Positions 1 to 10,558 of a stretch of 64,000 nt of DNA are shown here, piece by piece. The stretch covers positions 22,539-86,538 of the forward strand of contig CACHCL010000003.1 of NCBI GenBank assembly GCA_902578315.1. The letters are read 5' to 3'. Numbering within the stretch: position 1 is the stretch's first letter; each line of letters starts with the position of its first letter. The notes beneath the pieces were generated by a model. That model saw only the letters and a list, made by a program, of their open reading frames with translations. It was not told the DNA's origin and did no database searches. The translations under genes and the position numbers were made by a program. Origin of the DNA: an uncultured Pelagibacteraceae bacterium. Its GTDB lineage: Bacteria; Pseudomonadota; Alphaproteobacteria; Pelagibacterales; Pelagibacteraceae.

Positions 1-210
1 AAACAAGGAACTTACTCTGTATGCAGTGGATGTCGTATGACTTTTTCAATAAAAGATAAAAAATCTTACAAATATGAAGAGGGTGTTTCGTGCCCAAGGT
101 GCTATGACACACTCTCAAATTCACAAAAAACAAGATTTCGTATGAGGCAAAATCAAATTAATCTTGCTAAAAAAGATGGAAGAAAGCATAAATTTCAAAA
201 GGAATTTTAA
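1..210 (+). CDS. trhO: C-terminal fragment of rhodanese-domain protein (TrhO/YceA-like), truncated by window edge
   Basis: Frame 1 translated by hand: KQGTYSVCSGCRMTFS...YEEGVSCPRCYD...RFRMRQNQ...*. The CxxCR and YEEGVSCPxC motifs are typical of the YceA/TrhO C-terminus. Confidence 0.7.
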   Translation, partial: KQGTYSVCSGCRMTFSIKDKKSYKYEEGVSCPRCYDTLSNSQKTRFRMRQNQINLAKKDGRKHKFQKEF

Positions 211-212
211 TT

Positions 213-1574
213 ATGGATTTGACTAAAGGTTCAATTTGGCAACTCTTAAGGAAAGTGACTATACCTGCAAGCACAGGATCACTATTTCAAACTTTTTATA
301 ATCTAGTCGATACTTACTTTGCAGGTAGAATTTCACCAGAAGCGTTAGCAGCGATTGCAAAATCATGGCCAATATACTTCATAGCAATAGCTGTTGCGGT
401 CGGTATTGGTGCAGGTACTACAGCTCTAATCAGTAATTCAATTGGGGCCAAAGAAGATAGAAAAGCTTCAATGTACGTTGCTCAGTCAATAGTATTAGCA
501 ATCGTAATTTCAATTTTCGTAACTTTATTTGGCTTAAATTTTTCTGATGAACTCTTGAGAATTATGGGCTCTACTGAAGAAAGTATAATCTTAACACGCG
601 AATATTTAGATATTATTTTTTTTGGAGCTATCATTGTATTAGTTCAATTATCTTTGAACGGAACGCTAAATGCCCAAGGTGATACAAAAAGTTATAGAAA
701 TGTTTTAATTGTTACCTTTTTCTTAAATATTTTTTTAAATCCATTATTTATTTTTGGTTATGGATTTATACCAGCATTTGGAATTGCTGGTTTAGCTATC
801 GCTACGCTAGTTTCTCAGTGTATTGGCTTAATATATCTAGCTAATAAAGTTTATTCCTGTAAATTAAAAAAATTTCTTTATCTAGAATGCTTTAAACCAA
901 AAATTGAGTACTTAAGCTCGCTCTTCAAACAATCAGTGCCAATAATGTTTACTATGTTGATGATAATGTTTGGAGTATTCAATATTTTCTATTTTGTTGG
1001 TCAGTTTGGAGAATTAGCTACAGCGGGATATGGTACTGCTGTAAGAATAGAACAAGTTTTATTGTTACCAGTGATAGGTTTAAATACTGCTGTTTTATCA
1101 ATTGCAGGACAAAATTTTGGAGCAAAAATGTATTTTAGAGTAAAAGAAGTATATGGAAAAGCTCTGATGTTTGGTTCAGGATTTATGATATTAGCAGGTA
1201 TATTTGTTTATCTAACTTCAGAAATTATAATCTCTTTTTTTACTAATGATTTAGAAGTAATCAGGAGAGGAGCACTTTACTTACAGGTAGCAGCTTTAAT
1301 TGGGCCCGTGTATCCAGTTTTCTTTATTACCTCTGCTTTATTCCAGGCACTCAAAAGACCAATTTTTAGTTTGTATATGACAATTCTAAGACTAACGTTA
1401 ATTCCGTTTATGTCACTATGGTATGTCATAAATATAAGAAATGGTGAGTATCAAGATATTTTTTATACAATTTTAGTAACAAATTGGATAATGGGATTAG
1501 TTGTATTAACTTTTGTGCCATTCTTTTTAAAGAGAGTATTTAGGATCTCTTTTAAAAAATTATTTGTATTCTAG
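213..1574 (+). CDS. MATE family efflux transporter
   Basis: 453 aa, about 12 hydrophobic segments, YNLVDTYF and GDTK...NIFLNPLFIFG MATE motifs. Confidence 0.9.
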   Translation: MDLTKGSIWQLLRKVTIPASTGSLFQTFYNLVDTYFAGRISPEALAAIAKSWPIYFIAIAVAVGIGAGTTALISNSIGAKEDRKASMYVAQSIVLAIVISIFVTLFGLNFSDELLRIMGSTEESIILTREYLDIIFFGAIIVLVQLSLNGTLNAQGDTKSYRNVLIVTFFLNIFLNPLFIFGYGFIPAFGIAGLAIATLVSQCIGLIYLANKVYSCKLKKFLYLECFKPKIEYLSSLFKQSVPIMFTMLMIMFGVFNIFYFVGQFGELATAGYGTAVRIEQVLLLPVIGLNTAVLSIAGQNFGAKMYFRVKEVYGKALMFGSGFMILAGIFVYLTSEIIISFFTNDLEVIRRGALYLQVAALIGPVYPVFFITSALFQALKRPIFSLYMTILRLTLIPFMSLWYVINIRNGEYQDIFYTILVTNWIMGLVVLTFVPFFLKRVFRISFKKLFVF

Positions 1575-2294
1575 TTTATTCTCTAATTTTCTTACAAAAT
1601 AAGACACAACTAAAATTAGCACCAGGTACTCTAGAATTAAAAATGTATAAATTTCTAAAGGCCTATAGGTAGTAGTGACGAGCTCATTAGCTTTTCTTGT
1701 TAAATCTCCTATCCCTATAATTGATACTAGAGAGGACATTTTTAAAACATAAACAAATTGGTTTCCCATTGCAGGCAAAACAACTTTAATTGCTTGGGGA
1801 AGAATTACTAATCTCATTTTTTTCCAAAAATCCATTCCAAGTGACTCAGATACTTCATGCTGACCTTTCGATATAGAATTAATACCAGCTCTAAAAATTT
1901 CTGCTTGAAACGCACTCTCACTAATAGTCAAAGCTATTATTCCAGAGACAAATGGTGAGAAACTTACTCCAATCATGATTGGAAGGCCATAATAAATCCA
2001 AAGAATTAAAACTAATAAAGGGATGGCTCTAACAATTTCTACGTATGTTATATTAAAATAAGTTAAGAATTTATTATTTGACAATGAAGGTAGAGCAACT
2101 ATCAAACCGATAATCATTGCTAGAATTATTGAAACTACTGAAATATAAATCGTAGTTGTAATTCCGCTAATTAAAAATTTTAAATTAGTTAAACCATCTA
2201 TATTATCTGGACTTAGTATATACCAACCCCATTCATAGTTTGAACTACATCCTTGAAGTAAAAATAGAATAGAAATTATTTTTAAAAATTTCAC
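1560..2294 (-). CDS. Polar amino acid ABC transporter permease (HisM/GlnP family)
   Basis: YVEIVRAIPLLV, AEIFRAGI..I.KGQ.E...SLG, ILPQA and LK.SSLVS motifs. Confidence 0.9.
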   Translation of the reverse strand: MKFLKIISILFLLQGCSSNYEWGWYILSPDNIDGLTNLKFLISGITTTIYISVVSIILAMIIGLIVALPSLSNNKFLTYFNITYVEIVRAIPLLVLILWIYYGLPIMIGVSFSPFVSGIIALTISESAFQAEIFRAGINSISKGQHEVSESLGMDFWKKMRLVILPQAIKVVLPAMGNQFVYVLKMSSLVSIIGIGDLTRKANELVTTTYRPLEIYTFLILEYLVLILVVSYFVRKLENKLEYK

Positions 2295-2335
2295 TAAATA
2301 ACTATATTTGTAAATCGGATGTATTGAAACTTAAA

Positions 2336-3106
2336 TTATAAGCTTTTTAGATCGTACTTTGCCAGTAAAGTTTTAAAAAATCCAGATGATTGTTTTTTTT
2401 TAATCCAGTTGCTGACATAATCATTCCATACCTTATCTCCCTTTGGAACCATCATGGCTAAAAATGCTGGATTTTTTCCTCCATCAGGAACTATAGCTAA
2501 TTGGGGATATTTAATAACTAGTTTGTTTGCTTCTGTTGAACTTGTAATATTCCCATCAGCCCTTCCTGCTAAAACTTCTTGGAAATCCCTCGCTGGAGCT
2601 TCAACTGATTGAAGTTTTGATTTTGGAAAAAACTCTTTTGCTTTTTCTTCCTGAGACGTACCTAACGTTGTAGCTATTGTAACACTGCTATTATTTAGAG
2701 ACTCCCAAGTTGAAAACTTTTTTAAATTCTTTTTTAAAACAAGCGGGACAGTTGCATACTTGTAATACGTAGCAGTAAACCCAGCTACTTCTGCTCTTTT
2801 TGGTGTTTTAGTTACACTTGTCGATATATCATATCTATCAGCAGTTATTCCTGCAACTATAGTTTTCCATTCTGCAGGCACAAATTTCACTTTTACGCCC
2901 AAATCTTTAGCTAATTCATTCATCACATCAATATCAAATCCTTTATACTTGTTTGTCTTTGGATCTTTCATTGACATTGGATCCCAGTCTCCTGTCGTAC
3001 CAACTCTTAACTCACCACTTTTTTTGATTGAATCTAATTTAGATGCTGCTTGAGCACTTGTTGTTACAAGTAATACTAATAATACTGAAAAAATTTTTTT
3101 AATCAC
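2336..3106 (-). CDS. Family 3 ABC substrate-binding protein, cyclohexadienyl dehydratase-like clade
   Basis: Signal peptide, [19 protein letters not shown]; GTG start. Confidence 0.85.
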   Translation of the reverse strand: MIKKIFSVLLVLLVTTSAQAASKLDSIKKSGELRVGTTGDWDPMSMKDPKTNKYKGFDIDVMNELAKDLGVKVKFVPAEWKTIVAGITADRYDISTSVTKTPKRAEVAGFTATYYKYATVPLVLKKNLKKFSTWESLNNSSVTIATTLGTSQEEKAKEFFPKSKLQSVEAPARDFQEVLAGRADGNITSSTEANKLVIKYPQLAIVPDGGKNPAFLAMMVPKGDKVWNDYVSNWIKKKQSSGFFKTLLAKYDLKSL

Positions 3107-3182
3107 TCAACGTTCATAGCTAATCTCTCTCTTTTTTTCGATTTGCAATTTGACCCACTTAAACAATCTTTTTGAAAAAGGG

Positions 3183-3212
3183 TTGACTGAAAGGTAGTTT
3201 ATCAGCTATAAA
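3183..3212 (+). promoter_or_regulatory. Putative sigma70 promoter of umuDC
   Basis: TTGACT (3183-3188), N18, TATAAA (3207-3212), directly upstream of the LexA box. Confidence 0.5.
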
Positions 3213-3227
3213 GAACAAAACAAGAAC
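3213..3227 (+). promoter_or_regulatory. Alphaproteobacterial LexA (SOS) box
   Basis: GAAC-aaaacaa-GAAC matches GAAC-N7-GAAC exactly, 4 nt before the umuD ATG. Confidence 0.85.
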
Positions 3228-3231
3228 ATTT

Positions 3232-3627
3232 ATGAAGTTAACAATACCTTATTATTTACATAAAGTGGGAGCTGGTTTTCCTTCTCCGGCAACGGATTAT
3301 ATTGAGGACGATATAGATCTAAACTCTCATCTCATAACAAATGCACCAGCTACTTTCATCATTAGAGTACAGGGTAAATCTATGACTAATGTGGGCATAT
3401 ATGATGGAGATCTATTAATAGTAGATAAAAGTTTAAATCCAAAAAATTTCTCCACTGTCATAGCAAATATCAACGAAGAACTTGTAGTCAAAACTCTGGT
3501 TAAAAGTAAGGGCAACAACTACTTAACATCAGGTTCAAAAAACACATCGGATCGAATTAATTTAACAGATAATCCAGAAATAATAATTTGGGGAGTAGTA
3601 ACATATGTCATACACAAACAGCAGTAG
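3232..3627 (+). CDS. umuD: DNA polymerase V subunit UmuD (S24 peptidase)
   Basis: AGFPSPA autocleavage motif, GKSM catalytic Ser, VVK catalytic Lys. Confidence 0.93.
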   Translation: MKLTIPYYLHKVGAGFPSPATDYIEDDIDLNSHLITNAPATFIIRVQGKSMTNVGIYDGDLLIVDKSLNPKNFSTVIANINEELVVKTLVKSKGNNYLTSGSKNTSDRINLTDNPEIIIWGVVTYVIHKQQ

Positions 3628-4882
3628 AAAAAAAGTTGCATTAATTGACTGTAATTCATTTTATGTTTCTTGCGAAAGATTATTTAATCCTAAAATACAA
3701 AATGTACCAGTCGTAGTACTATCTAATAATGATGGATGTGTAATATCAAGATCTACTGAAGCAAAAAAACTTGGAATAAGAATGGGAGAACCATATTTTA
3801 AAGTTAAAGATTTAGTTAAAAAGAACAACGTTCAGATATTTTCTTCAAACTATGCATTATATGGAGACCTTTCTAGACGAGTGATGAAAGTTTTAAAAGG
3901 TTTTACTGATAAAATTGAAATCTATTCTATAGACGAAGCATTTTTAGATTTATCGCATATCAAAGACGAACAAGTTGAAGAATACGGAAAGCAAATAAGA
4001 GAAAGAGTTTTAAAATGGACGGGAATACCAACAAGTGTAGGAATTTCAAATACAAAAACTTTAAGTAAAGTTGCAAATCATATTGCTAAAAAAAATAAAG
4101 CAGGAGTGATATTTCTAAAAGAAAATATCGATAATATACTAAAAAATTTTGATATTGCAGATGTATGGGGAGTTGGAAGACAGTTATCAAAGTTATATAT
4201 TAAAAATGGAATAGACAATGCTTATAAACTAAAAAATATTTCAAACACATGGGTCAAAAAAAGTACTAATGTTTTAGGTGCAAAAACAGTAATGGAGTTA
4301 AGAGGAATTCCTTGCATAGATTTAGAAACTGAGGAAACAAGAAGAAAAAGTTGTTGTGTATCAAGATCGTTTGGAAAAAAAGTTGAGAGTTTAGATAAAT
4401 TAAAAGAGTCTATAACTACTCATTGTTTAAATGCGGCAGAAAAAATAAGAACAGATAAACAAACTACGAGAGCTGTCACTATATTTATTAGAACAAGCCC
4501 ATTTGATAAAAATAGAAAATACTATTCAAATTCTATTACTACTGAATTACCGGTGGCGACTAATAACAGTATTGAACTTGTAAAAACCGCGATTAGCGGA
4601 CTAGAAAAAATTTATAAATATGGTTACTTCTACCAAAAAGCTGGAGTCATTTTATCGAAGCTTAGAGACGCGTCTGAAAAGGAGCTAAATTTATTAGCAC
4701 CAATTTTAGAGAATAAATCTCAACCATTAATGAGAGCAATCGATTTTACCAATGCAAAATATGGACGAAATGCAATCAGCATAGCTCAAGCTGGCATAAG
4801 TAACGACTGGAAAATGAGAAGAGAACATTCATCTAGAATAGATACAGCTTCATTTGACTTCTTGCCTAAAATAAATATATAA
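3605..4882 (+). CDS. umuC: Y-family DNA polymerase V catalytic subunit UmuC
   Basis: [39 protein letters not shown]. Confidence 0.95.
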   Translation: MSYTNSSRKKVALIDCNSFYVSCERLFNPKIQNVPVVVLSNNDGCVISRSTEAKKLGIRMGEPYFKVKDLVKKNNVQIFSSNYALYGDLSRRVMKVLKGFTDKIEIYSIDEAFLDLSHIKDEQVEEYGKQIRERVLKWTGIPTSVGISNTKTLSKVANHIAKKNKAGVIFLKENIDNILKNFDIADVWGVGRQLSKLYIKNGIDNAYKLKNISNTWVKKSTNVLGAKTVMELRGIPCIDLETEETRRKSCCVSRSFGKKVESLDKLKESITTHCLNAAEKIRTDKQTTRAVTIFIRTSPFDKNRKYYSNSITTELPVATNNSIELVKTAISGLEKIYKYGYFYQKAGVILSKLRDASEKELNLLAPILENKSQPLMRAIDFTNAKYGRNAISIAQAGISNDWKMRREHSSRIDTASFDFLPKINI

Positions 4883-4884
4883 TT

Positions 4885-4953
4885 TGTACAAGGGGTGTCA
4901 TAAAGACTGAGATCATACCCTAAGAACCTGACCGGTAATTCAGTGAGGGATAA
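4885..4953 (+). promoter_or_regulatory. TPP riboswitch (compact) upstream of thiV
   Basis: AGGGGTG-tc ataaa ga-CTGAGA-tcat-ACCC-taa-GAACCTGA-ccggTAATtcagtg-AGGGA matches the THI-box core; its 3' end is the RBS of the next gene. Confidence 0.85.
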
Positions 4954-6405
4954 ATGAAAGATATATACCTATCAACACAAACAACGTTAATTATTATCCT
5001 AGTGGTAGGAGCTTTTTTTATCGCTTTAGGTTATATAAATTTAAAAAAAATTTCTGATAATAAAAGTCATATAATTGGTGATAGAAATGAGAGTATTTTT
5101 TCATTAACAACGAGTTTATCGGCATCTGCTCTGGGAGCTTGGATATTATTTGGACCAGCTTCAGCAGCTACCTGGGGAGGAATAGGGGCAGTAATTGGTT
5201 ATGCGTTAGGTACGGCTGCACCTATGTTATTTTTATTAAATTTTGGACCAAAAATAAGGAGAGAATTTCCTCATGGTATGTCTTTAACTGAGTTTGTAAA
5301 AAGAAGATTTGGAACTGGTATTTTAAAGATAATATTAATTTTAATTCTATTTTATTTAACAATTTTCTTGATAGCCGAAGTCACAGCAATAGCTTTTTTA
5401 TTAAATTTAATTTCAAAAACACCTTTATGGATTACATCTGGTCTAACTTTAATCATATGTCTTTTATATATATTAAGAGGAGGATTTAAGCTTTCAATTA
5501 TTACAGATAAATATCAATTTTTAATAGTCTTAAGTATAATATTATTTTCTATATTTTTTATTTTAGGAAATTTAGAAATAAGTAGCTATGAGTTAATTAA
5601 AAAAAAATCTGAAAAACTTATTAGTAAAAATTACATCCCAAATTACACTGCAGGACTAACATTTTTTATTGCTGTAGCGGCAACGAATTTATTTCACCAG
5701 GGTAATTGGCAACGTGTATTTGCCGCAAAAAATAATTTTATTTTAAAAAAAAGTTTAATTTATTCATCAATTATTTCTTTTTTGATTGTTTTATGGATGG
5801 GGTACACAGGGCTTATATCTTTTTCAATCAACCCCGAAATTAAACCCGATTTAGCCTTTTTTAAATTAATGTTATTAAATGATAATATCTTAATAATTGT
5901 CTCTATTTTAGTTTTAGCAATAGCTTTAACATTAAGTACGATTGATACATTAATAAACGCTATTTCAAGCCTTATAATTATTGATGGAAAAGAAATTAAT
6001 AAATTATTAGCTGGTAGAGAAATAAAAAGTAAAAGCAATAAATTAATTTTATTATTATGTGTGATTGTTTTTGTTTTTGCTTCTAAAGGCTATAGTATTT
6101 TATATCTTTTTTTATTCGCGGATTTATTATGTTGTGCGGCTGTTGTGACAATATTCTATGGTTTTTTTAAGAAAAAAATTAATACCAGATTATCGTTAAT
6201 CTCAATTATTTTAGGTCTAAGTTCAGGATTATTATTTTTTCCAAGTCAAAATTTCAAATCAAGTTTATTAGTAGGCAATATTATACCTGTAGAAAATTTT
6301 AGTCCGATTATCTTATCAAACTTATTATTCATTTCATTTATCGTAGCTTTAATTATACCATTTGTAACAATTACGACTTACTCTTTACGTAATTCATTAA
6401 GATAA
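4954..6405 (+). CDS. thiV: Sodium:solute symporter, ThiV-like thiamin/precursor transporter
   Basis: SSS-family topology, ASALGAWILFGP and NLFHQGNWQRV motifs, preceded by a TPP riboswitch. Confidence 0.8.
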   Translation: MKDIYLSTQTTLIIILVVGAFFIALGYINLKKISDNKSHIIGDRNESIFSLTTSLSASALGAWILFGPASAATWGGIGAVIGYALGTAAPMLFLLNFGPKIRREFPHGMSLTEFVKRRFGTGILKIILILILFYLTIFLIAEVTAIAFLLNLISKTPLWITSGLTLIICLLYILRGGFKLSIITDKYQFLIVLSIILFSIFFILGNLEISSYELIKKKSEKLISKNYIPNYTAGLTFFIAVAATNLFHQGNWQRVFAAKNNFILKKSLIYSSIISFLIVLWMGYTGLISFSINPEIKPDLAFFKLMLLNDNILIIVSILVLAIALTLSTIDTLINAISSLIIIDGKEINKLLAGREIKSKSNKLILLLCVIVFVFASKGYSILYLFLFADLLCCAAVVTIFYGFFKKKINTRLSLISIILGLSSGLLFFPSQNFKSSLLVGNIIPVENFSPIILSNLLFISFIVALIIPFVTITTYSLRNSLR

Positions 6406-7250
6406 ATAGACACAGCAACCCAAATTATAACGAAACCAAAAAACTTTTCCAAGTTTAGAATCTCATCAAAATAAGTTATTCCCAAAAGGAATTGAGATGT
6501 TGGAGTTAAAAATAAAATCATACTTGCTGGACCAATACCAATAATTTTAAAACCTAATGTATATAAAAATAGAGGTACTAGAGTCATAAAGCCAGACCAA
6601 AATAAATAAAAAGATAAAAGAGGTTCTTGATACGAAAAAATATTTAAGTTTAAATTTACTAAATAAATGAACAATATAATAGCGATAGGAGAAATTAGTA
6701 ATGTTTCAATTAATAGACCTATATCTGAAGATACTTTGATTTTTTTTCTTATTAAACCATAAATACTAAAAGTAATTGCAACAGTTAAACCAATCCAAGG
6801 TAATTCACCTAATTTTAGTAAAAAGTAAAATAAGGAAACTACAACTAATATTACGGCTATAAATTGATTTCTATTAAGTTTCTCTTTCAAAAATACTCTT
6901 CCTAAAAAGACACTTATTATTGGATAGATATAATATCCTAAGCTTGAGTCTAATAATCTGTTTACACTGACGGAATAAAGCCAGGTTCCCCAATTTATAC
7001 TTACCAATATACCTGATACAAATAGCAATAATTGATTTTTTCTCTTTTTGAAAACTTTAATAAATTCTGGCCATTTTTTATAAAAACTTGTTGTAAGAAT
7101 TAAAAGAACGGCGGTCCAAATAGTTCTGTGAACAGTGAGTTCGATAAATGATGCAAAAGATACAAATTTAAAAAAAATTGTCCCTATAACACCCCACCAA
7201 AGAGAGGCAAAAGCAGCATAAAAAATTCCTGATAATTGTTTTTGTTGCAT
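6378..7250 (-). CDS. rarD: EamA/RarD family transporter
   Basis: SLGYYIYP...LG..FLKE.L, YGLIRKK and GLLIETLL RarD motifs. Confidence 0.85.
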   Translation of the reverse strand: MQQKQLSGIFYAAFASLWWGVIGTIFFKFVSFASFIELTVHRTIWTAVLLILTTSFYKKWPEFIKVFKKRKNQLLLFVSGILVSINWGTWLYSVSVNRLLDSSLGYYIYPIISVFLGRVFLKEKLNRNQFIAVILVVVSLFYFLLKLGELPWIGLTVAITFSIYGLIRKKIKVSSDIGLLIETLLISPIAIILFIYLVNLNLNIFSYQEPLLSFYLFWSGFMTLVPLFLYTLGFKIIGIGPASMILFLTPTSQFLLGITYFDEILNLEKFFGFVIIWVAVSIYLNELRKE

Positions 7251-7305
7251 TACAAATTTGGTGCAATATAAGTTAATTTTCTTTATAAAGATACGTAAAG
7301 CTTGT

Positions 7306-7400
7306 GGTGAGATGGGTGAGTTGGTTTAAACCAGGAGTTTGCTAAACTTCCGTAGTATTTAACTATGCTACCGAGGGTTCGAATCCCTCTCTCACCGCCA
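7306..7400 (+). tRNA. tRNA-Ser (GCT)
   Basis: GGTGAGA/TCTCACC acceptor stem, anticodon arm GGAGT-ttGCTaa-ACTTC, long variable arm, GGTTCGAATCC, encoded CCA. Confidence 0.97.
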
Positions 7401-7401
7401 A

Positions 7402-9657
7402 TTAGTTAAAATAGCTATCTATTTGCACAGGTTCTTTTCTTAAAATATATTTATAAACATTAATGTTTTCTAAAACCCGTTGAACATAATTCCTAGTTTC
7501 CTCAAATCTTATTTGTTCAATCCAATTAATATAAGAAATTTGACCTTTAGAAGGGTCTCCATTCACTCTCCTCCAAGTTTTAACTCTATTTGGACCTGCG
7601 TTGTAAGCTGCAATAGCGAATGGGAAAACTCCGTTATAATCATTAAGTAATCCATTAAAATAATATGAACCAAGTTTAATGTTGTACTCTGGATCTGTTG
7701 TTAATCGACTTATACTGTAAGGTAGTTTTGCTTGTTTGGCTACAATCTTCGCCGTGTACTTCATTAGCTGCATCATACCTCTAGCTCCAGCCCAACTATT
7801 TGCTTTCCTATCAAATTCACTTTCTTGTCTGATTATTGCAAGTACGATTTCTTGTTTAGGCATCTGTTTATTATTTACAACTTTTGGAGTGGCAATAACT
7901 GGATAGTTATATTTATTTAAAAATCTTTTTTCATAGGATGCCTTTTTAGAGATTTGAATTGCAAAGTCGTATCTTTCAACGGATGTAGATAATTCTGCTG
8001 CTAAAACTTCACTTCCTTTTTCAATATTGAGATCAGCCAAATGCTTAAGAATATCTTTAGCATATTGGCTTGCATCAAGTTCATGTAATAGAACAACATG
8101 TTTTATAAGTTTATTTTTTTTAAACTCTTTTTCATAATCCTTGTCAAAATTACTCTCATCTTTAAGTTCAAAATTTCCTCCGGGATTAATTTTATTAAAA
8201 GCAAGTTGTCCATAATAAGTCATTGGAAATTTTGATGCCTCTGAAAAAAATCTATTTGCAGTCTCTTTTTCATTTAATTTTTCATATGACTCTCCAAGCC
8301 AATATGCTCCTCTAGCTAAACTAATTGGATAGCCGACATTATTGTAAAAATTTTTAAAATGATTAATTGCGTACTCGGGTGATTTTAAAAATGTTAAAGC
8401 TATCCAGCCAGATAACCATTCCGCTTCAGCAAAAGATGGGCCGGATGATAATGAGTGCTCACTAGCAACCTTATATGCAGTCTTATATCTTTTTTTGTAA
8501 ATTAAACTTCTTGTAACACTTTCTCTCTGTTCCCACCATTTATCTGGTCTGATCATTTGTGTTTCAGTTTTATTCGCGTTTTGATATAAAATTTCTAAAG
8601 ACCCGTCTAATCGTCCTCTTCGGTTTCTCCATCTCAACCTATCAAACTCTAAACCAGGATCTTTCTTTAAATATTGAGGCACCTTTGCTATTGCATTGTC
8701 TACACCATAAGAGTTACTCATTAATATCTGTCTTGCATTATAAAGTGCTCTTTGATCTGTTGGTAAATACTTAAGCATTCTTTTCAAATCCCAATATTTC
8801 CTCTCCCATGCTAAATAATCAGCTCTTTTTACATGATCATCTGAAGAGATAAATTTTTTAAATTTAGCCCTGTAATAACCCAAATCGTTTTTTCTTATTT
8901 CAGCAGTTATCCATCCTTCTTTAACTAATTCTTTTACTTTTTCCAGTTTTCCTTGTTCTAGATATGCCTCAGCTAATTTTATTTTACCTAAACCCCCTAA
9001 AGGAGGGTATTTTTCAAACCAGTTAATTATTGAGGTAGGTGAATTATTTCTTAAATATATTTTTTCTTCAGCTAAATATCTTATTCTGTTAATTCTTGGA
9101 TAATAATCATTTTGTTCTATAAATTTTTTATACTCACTAAATGATGCACCATTTCTAGTAGTTTTAAGATGCATCCAAGTAATTAATTTTCTGAACTCAC
9201 TATCTTTAACCTTTTGGGCACTTTTTAAAGCACTATTCCATTTTTTTTGTTTAATAAAATTAATTGTTTCTTTTGCTCTCTCAAAATCCTTTTTATTAAG
9301 AACTTTTGAAATTTTTACTTCTTTGGAAGAAACTTTATATGTAATTGGTTTTTTTCTAGGGTAAACAAATGTAGACGATACTTGTGTTTTAATTTGTTCT
9401 TTAGGCTCTGTTTTTATCTCTTTCTTTTTAGATGACTCTTTTTTTTGTTCATTTACGGTTGGCTTAGACTCAACCTTTTTTTCCAATAATGGTTTTGGCA
9501 CAGGTAGATTCTTATTAATACTTTCTTGGATCTGTTTTTCAGATTTTTTAAAAATTGATGGTTTTTTTTGGGGTAATAAGAAATCAGTTTCAGCATAAAC
9601 GATACTAATTTTTAAAAATGATAATAAAAATACTAGACTAATTAATCTATTAAGCAT
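7402..9657 (-). CDS. slt: Soluble lytic murein transglycosylase (Slt70-like)
   Basis: IIRQESEF, GARGMMQLM, AAYNAGP and ETRNYVQRV SLT motifs; signal peptide. Confidence 0.92.
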   Translation of the reverse strand: MLNRLISLVFLLSFLKISIVYAETDFLLPQKKPSIFKKSEKQIQESINKNLPVPKPLLEKKVESKPTVNEQKKESSKKKEIKTEPKEQIKTQVSSTFVYPRKKPITYKVSSKEVKISKVLNKKDFERAKETINFIKQKKWNSALKSAQKVKDSEFRKLITWMHLKTTRNGASFSEYKKFIEQNDYYPRINRIRYLAEEKIYLRNNSPTSIINWFEKYPPLGGLGKIKLAEAYLEQGKLEKVKELVKEGWITAEIRKNDLGYYRAKFKKFISSDDHVKRADYLAWERKYWDLKRMLKYLPTDQRALYNARQILMSNSYGVDNAIAKVPQYLKKDPGLEFDRLRWRNRRGRLDGSLEILYQNANKTETQMIRPDKWWEQRESVTRSLIYKKRYKTAYKVASEHSLSSGPSFAEAEWLSGWIALTFLKSPEYAINHFKNFYNNVGYPISLARGAYWLGESYEKLNEKETANRFFSEASKFPMTYYGQLAFNKINPGGNFELKDESNFDKDYEKEFKKNKLIKHVVLLHELDASQYAKDILKHLADLNIEKGSEVLAAELSTSVERYDFAIQISKKASYEKRFLNKYNYPVIATPKVVNNKQMPKQEIVLAIIRQESEFDRKANSWAGARGMMQLMKYTAKIVAKQAKLPYSISRLTTDPEYNIKLGSYYFNGLLNDYNGVFPFAIAAYNAGPNRVKTWRRVNGDPSKGQISYINWIEQIRFEETRNYVQRVLENINVYKYILRKEPVQIDSYFN

Positions 9658-9688
9658 AAGTTTAAGGATATCTACCTTATAATGTTTT

Positions 9689-10558
9689 ATGCTTAAAGGA
9701 TCAATTGTTGCATTAATAACGCCATTTAAAGATGAAAATCTTGATGAGAGTACTTACAGGAAATTAATTGATTATCACCTAAATAATGGCACCAATGGTA
9801 TTGTTCCTGGCGGCACTACAGGGGAGTCTCCTACTTTATCTCATAGTGAACACAAAAAAATTATCGAAATAGCTGTTAAGGAATGTAAAGGGAAAATACC
9901 TGTTGTAGCTGGCACAGGTTCCAATTCAACAGACGAAGCTGTGGAATTATCTAAATTTGCCGAGAAAGCTGGCTCAGATGCATTATTAGTTGTAACACCA
10001 TATTATAATAAACCAACTCAAGAGGGTTTGTACCAACATTATAAAAAAATAAACGATAGCGTTGGCATCCCGATTATAATTTACAATATACCTTCTAGAT
10101 CAGTGATAGATATGTCAGTCGAAACTATGAGTAAATTATACGAACTTAAAAACATAACAGGAGTAAAGGACGCAACTGGTGATCTAAAGAGAGTAGATCA
10201 GCAATTAAAAGCTATGGGAAAAGAATTTATTCAACTTACTGGAAACGATGATAATGCTTTAGAGTTTAACAAAAGAGGCGGAGTAGGTGCTATTGGAGTT
10301 ACTGCAAATATAGCTGCAAAAATGTCTTCTGATTTTCAAAAAGCTTGTGAGGAAAAAAATGGAATGGCAGAGACGCTTGATAAACTTTTACAACCATTAC
10401 ACTCAGCATTATTTATTGAGAGCAATCCATCACCAGTAAAATATGCAGCATCACTATTAGGTATGTGTAATTCCTCAGTTAGATTGCCCCTAGTTGAAAT
10501 TAGAGAAGAAACAAAAAAGAAAGTTTCAGAAGCGCTTAAAGTAGCTAAATTACTTTAA
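9689..10558 (+). CDS. dapA: 4-hydroxy-tetrahydrodipicolinate synthase
   Basis: GTTGES, TPYYNKP, YNIPSR, VKDATG. Confidence 0.96.
   Translation: MLKGSIVALITPFKDENLDESTYRKLIDYHLNNGTNGIVPGGTTGESPTLSHSEHKKIIEIAVKECKGKIPVVAGTGSNSTDEAVELSKFAEKAGSDALLVVTPYYNKPTQEGLYQHYKKINDSVGIPIIIYNIPSRSVIDMSVETMSKLYELKNITGVKDATGDLKRVDQQLKAMGKEFIQLTGNDDNALEFNKRGGVGAIGVTANIAAKMSSDFQKACEEKNGMAETLDKLLQPLHSALFIESNPSPVKYAASLLGMCNSSVRLPLVEIREETKKKVSEALKVAKLL

Noticed and set aside
4854-4883. TTGACT-N18-TATAAT at the end of umuC as the thiV promoter
   Set aside because: Plausible, but the implied start near 4890 would clip the riboswitch P1 helix; cannot be resolved without TSS data.
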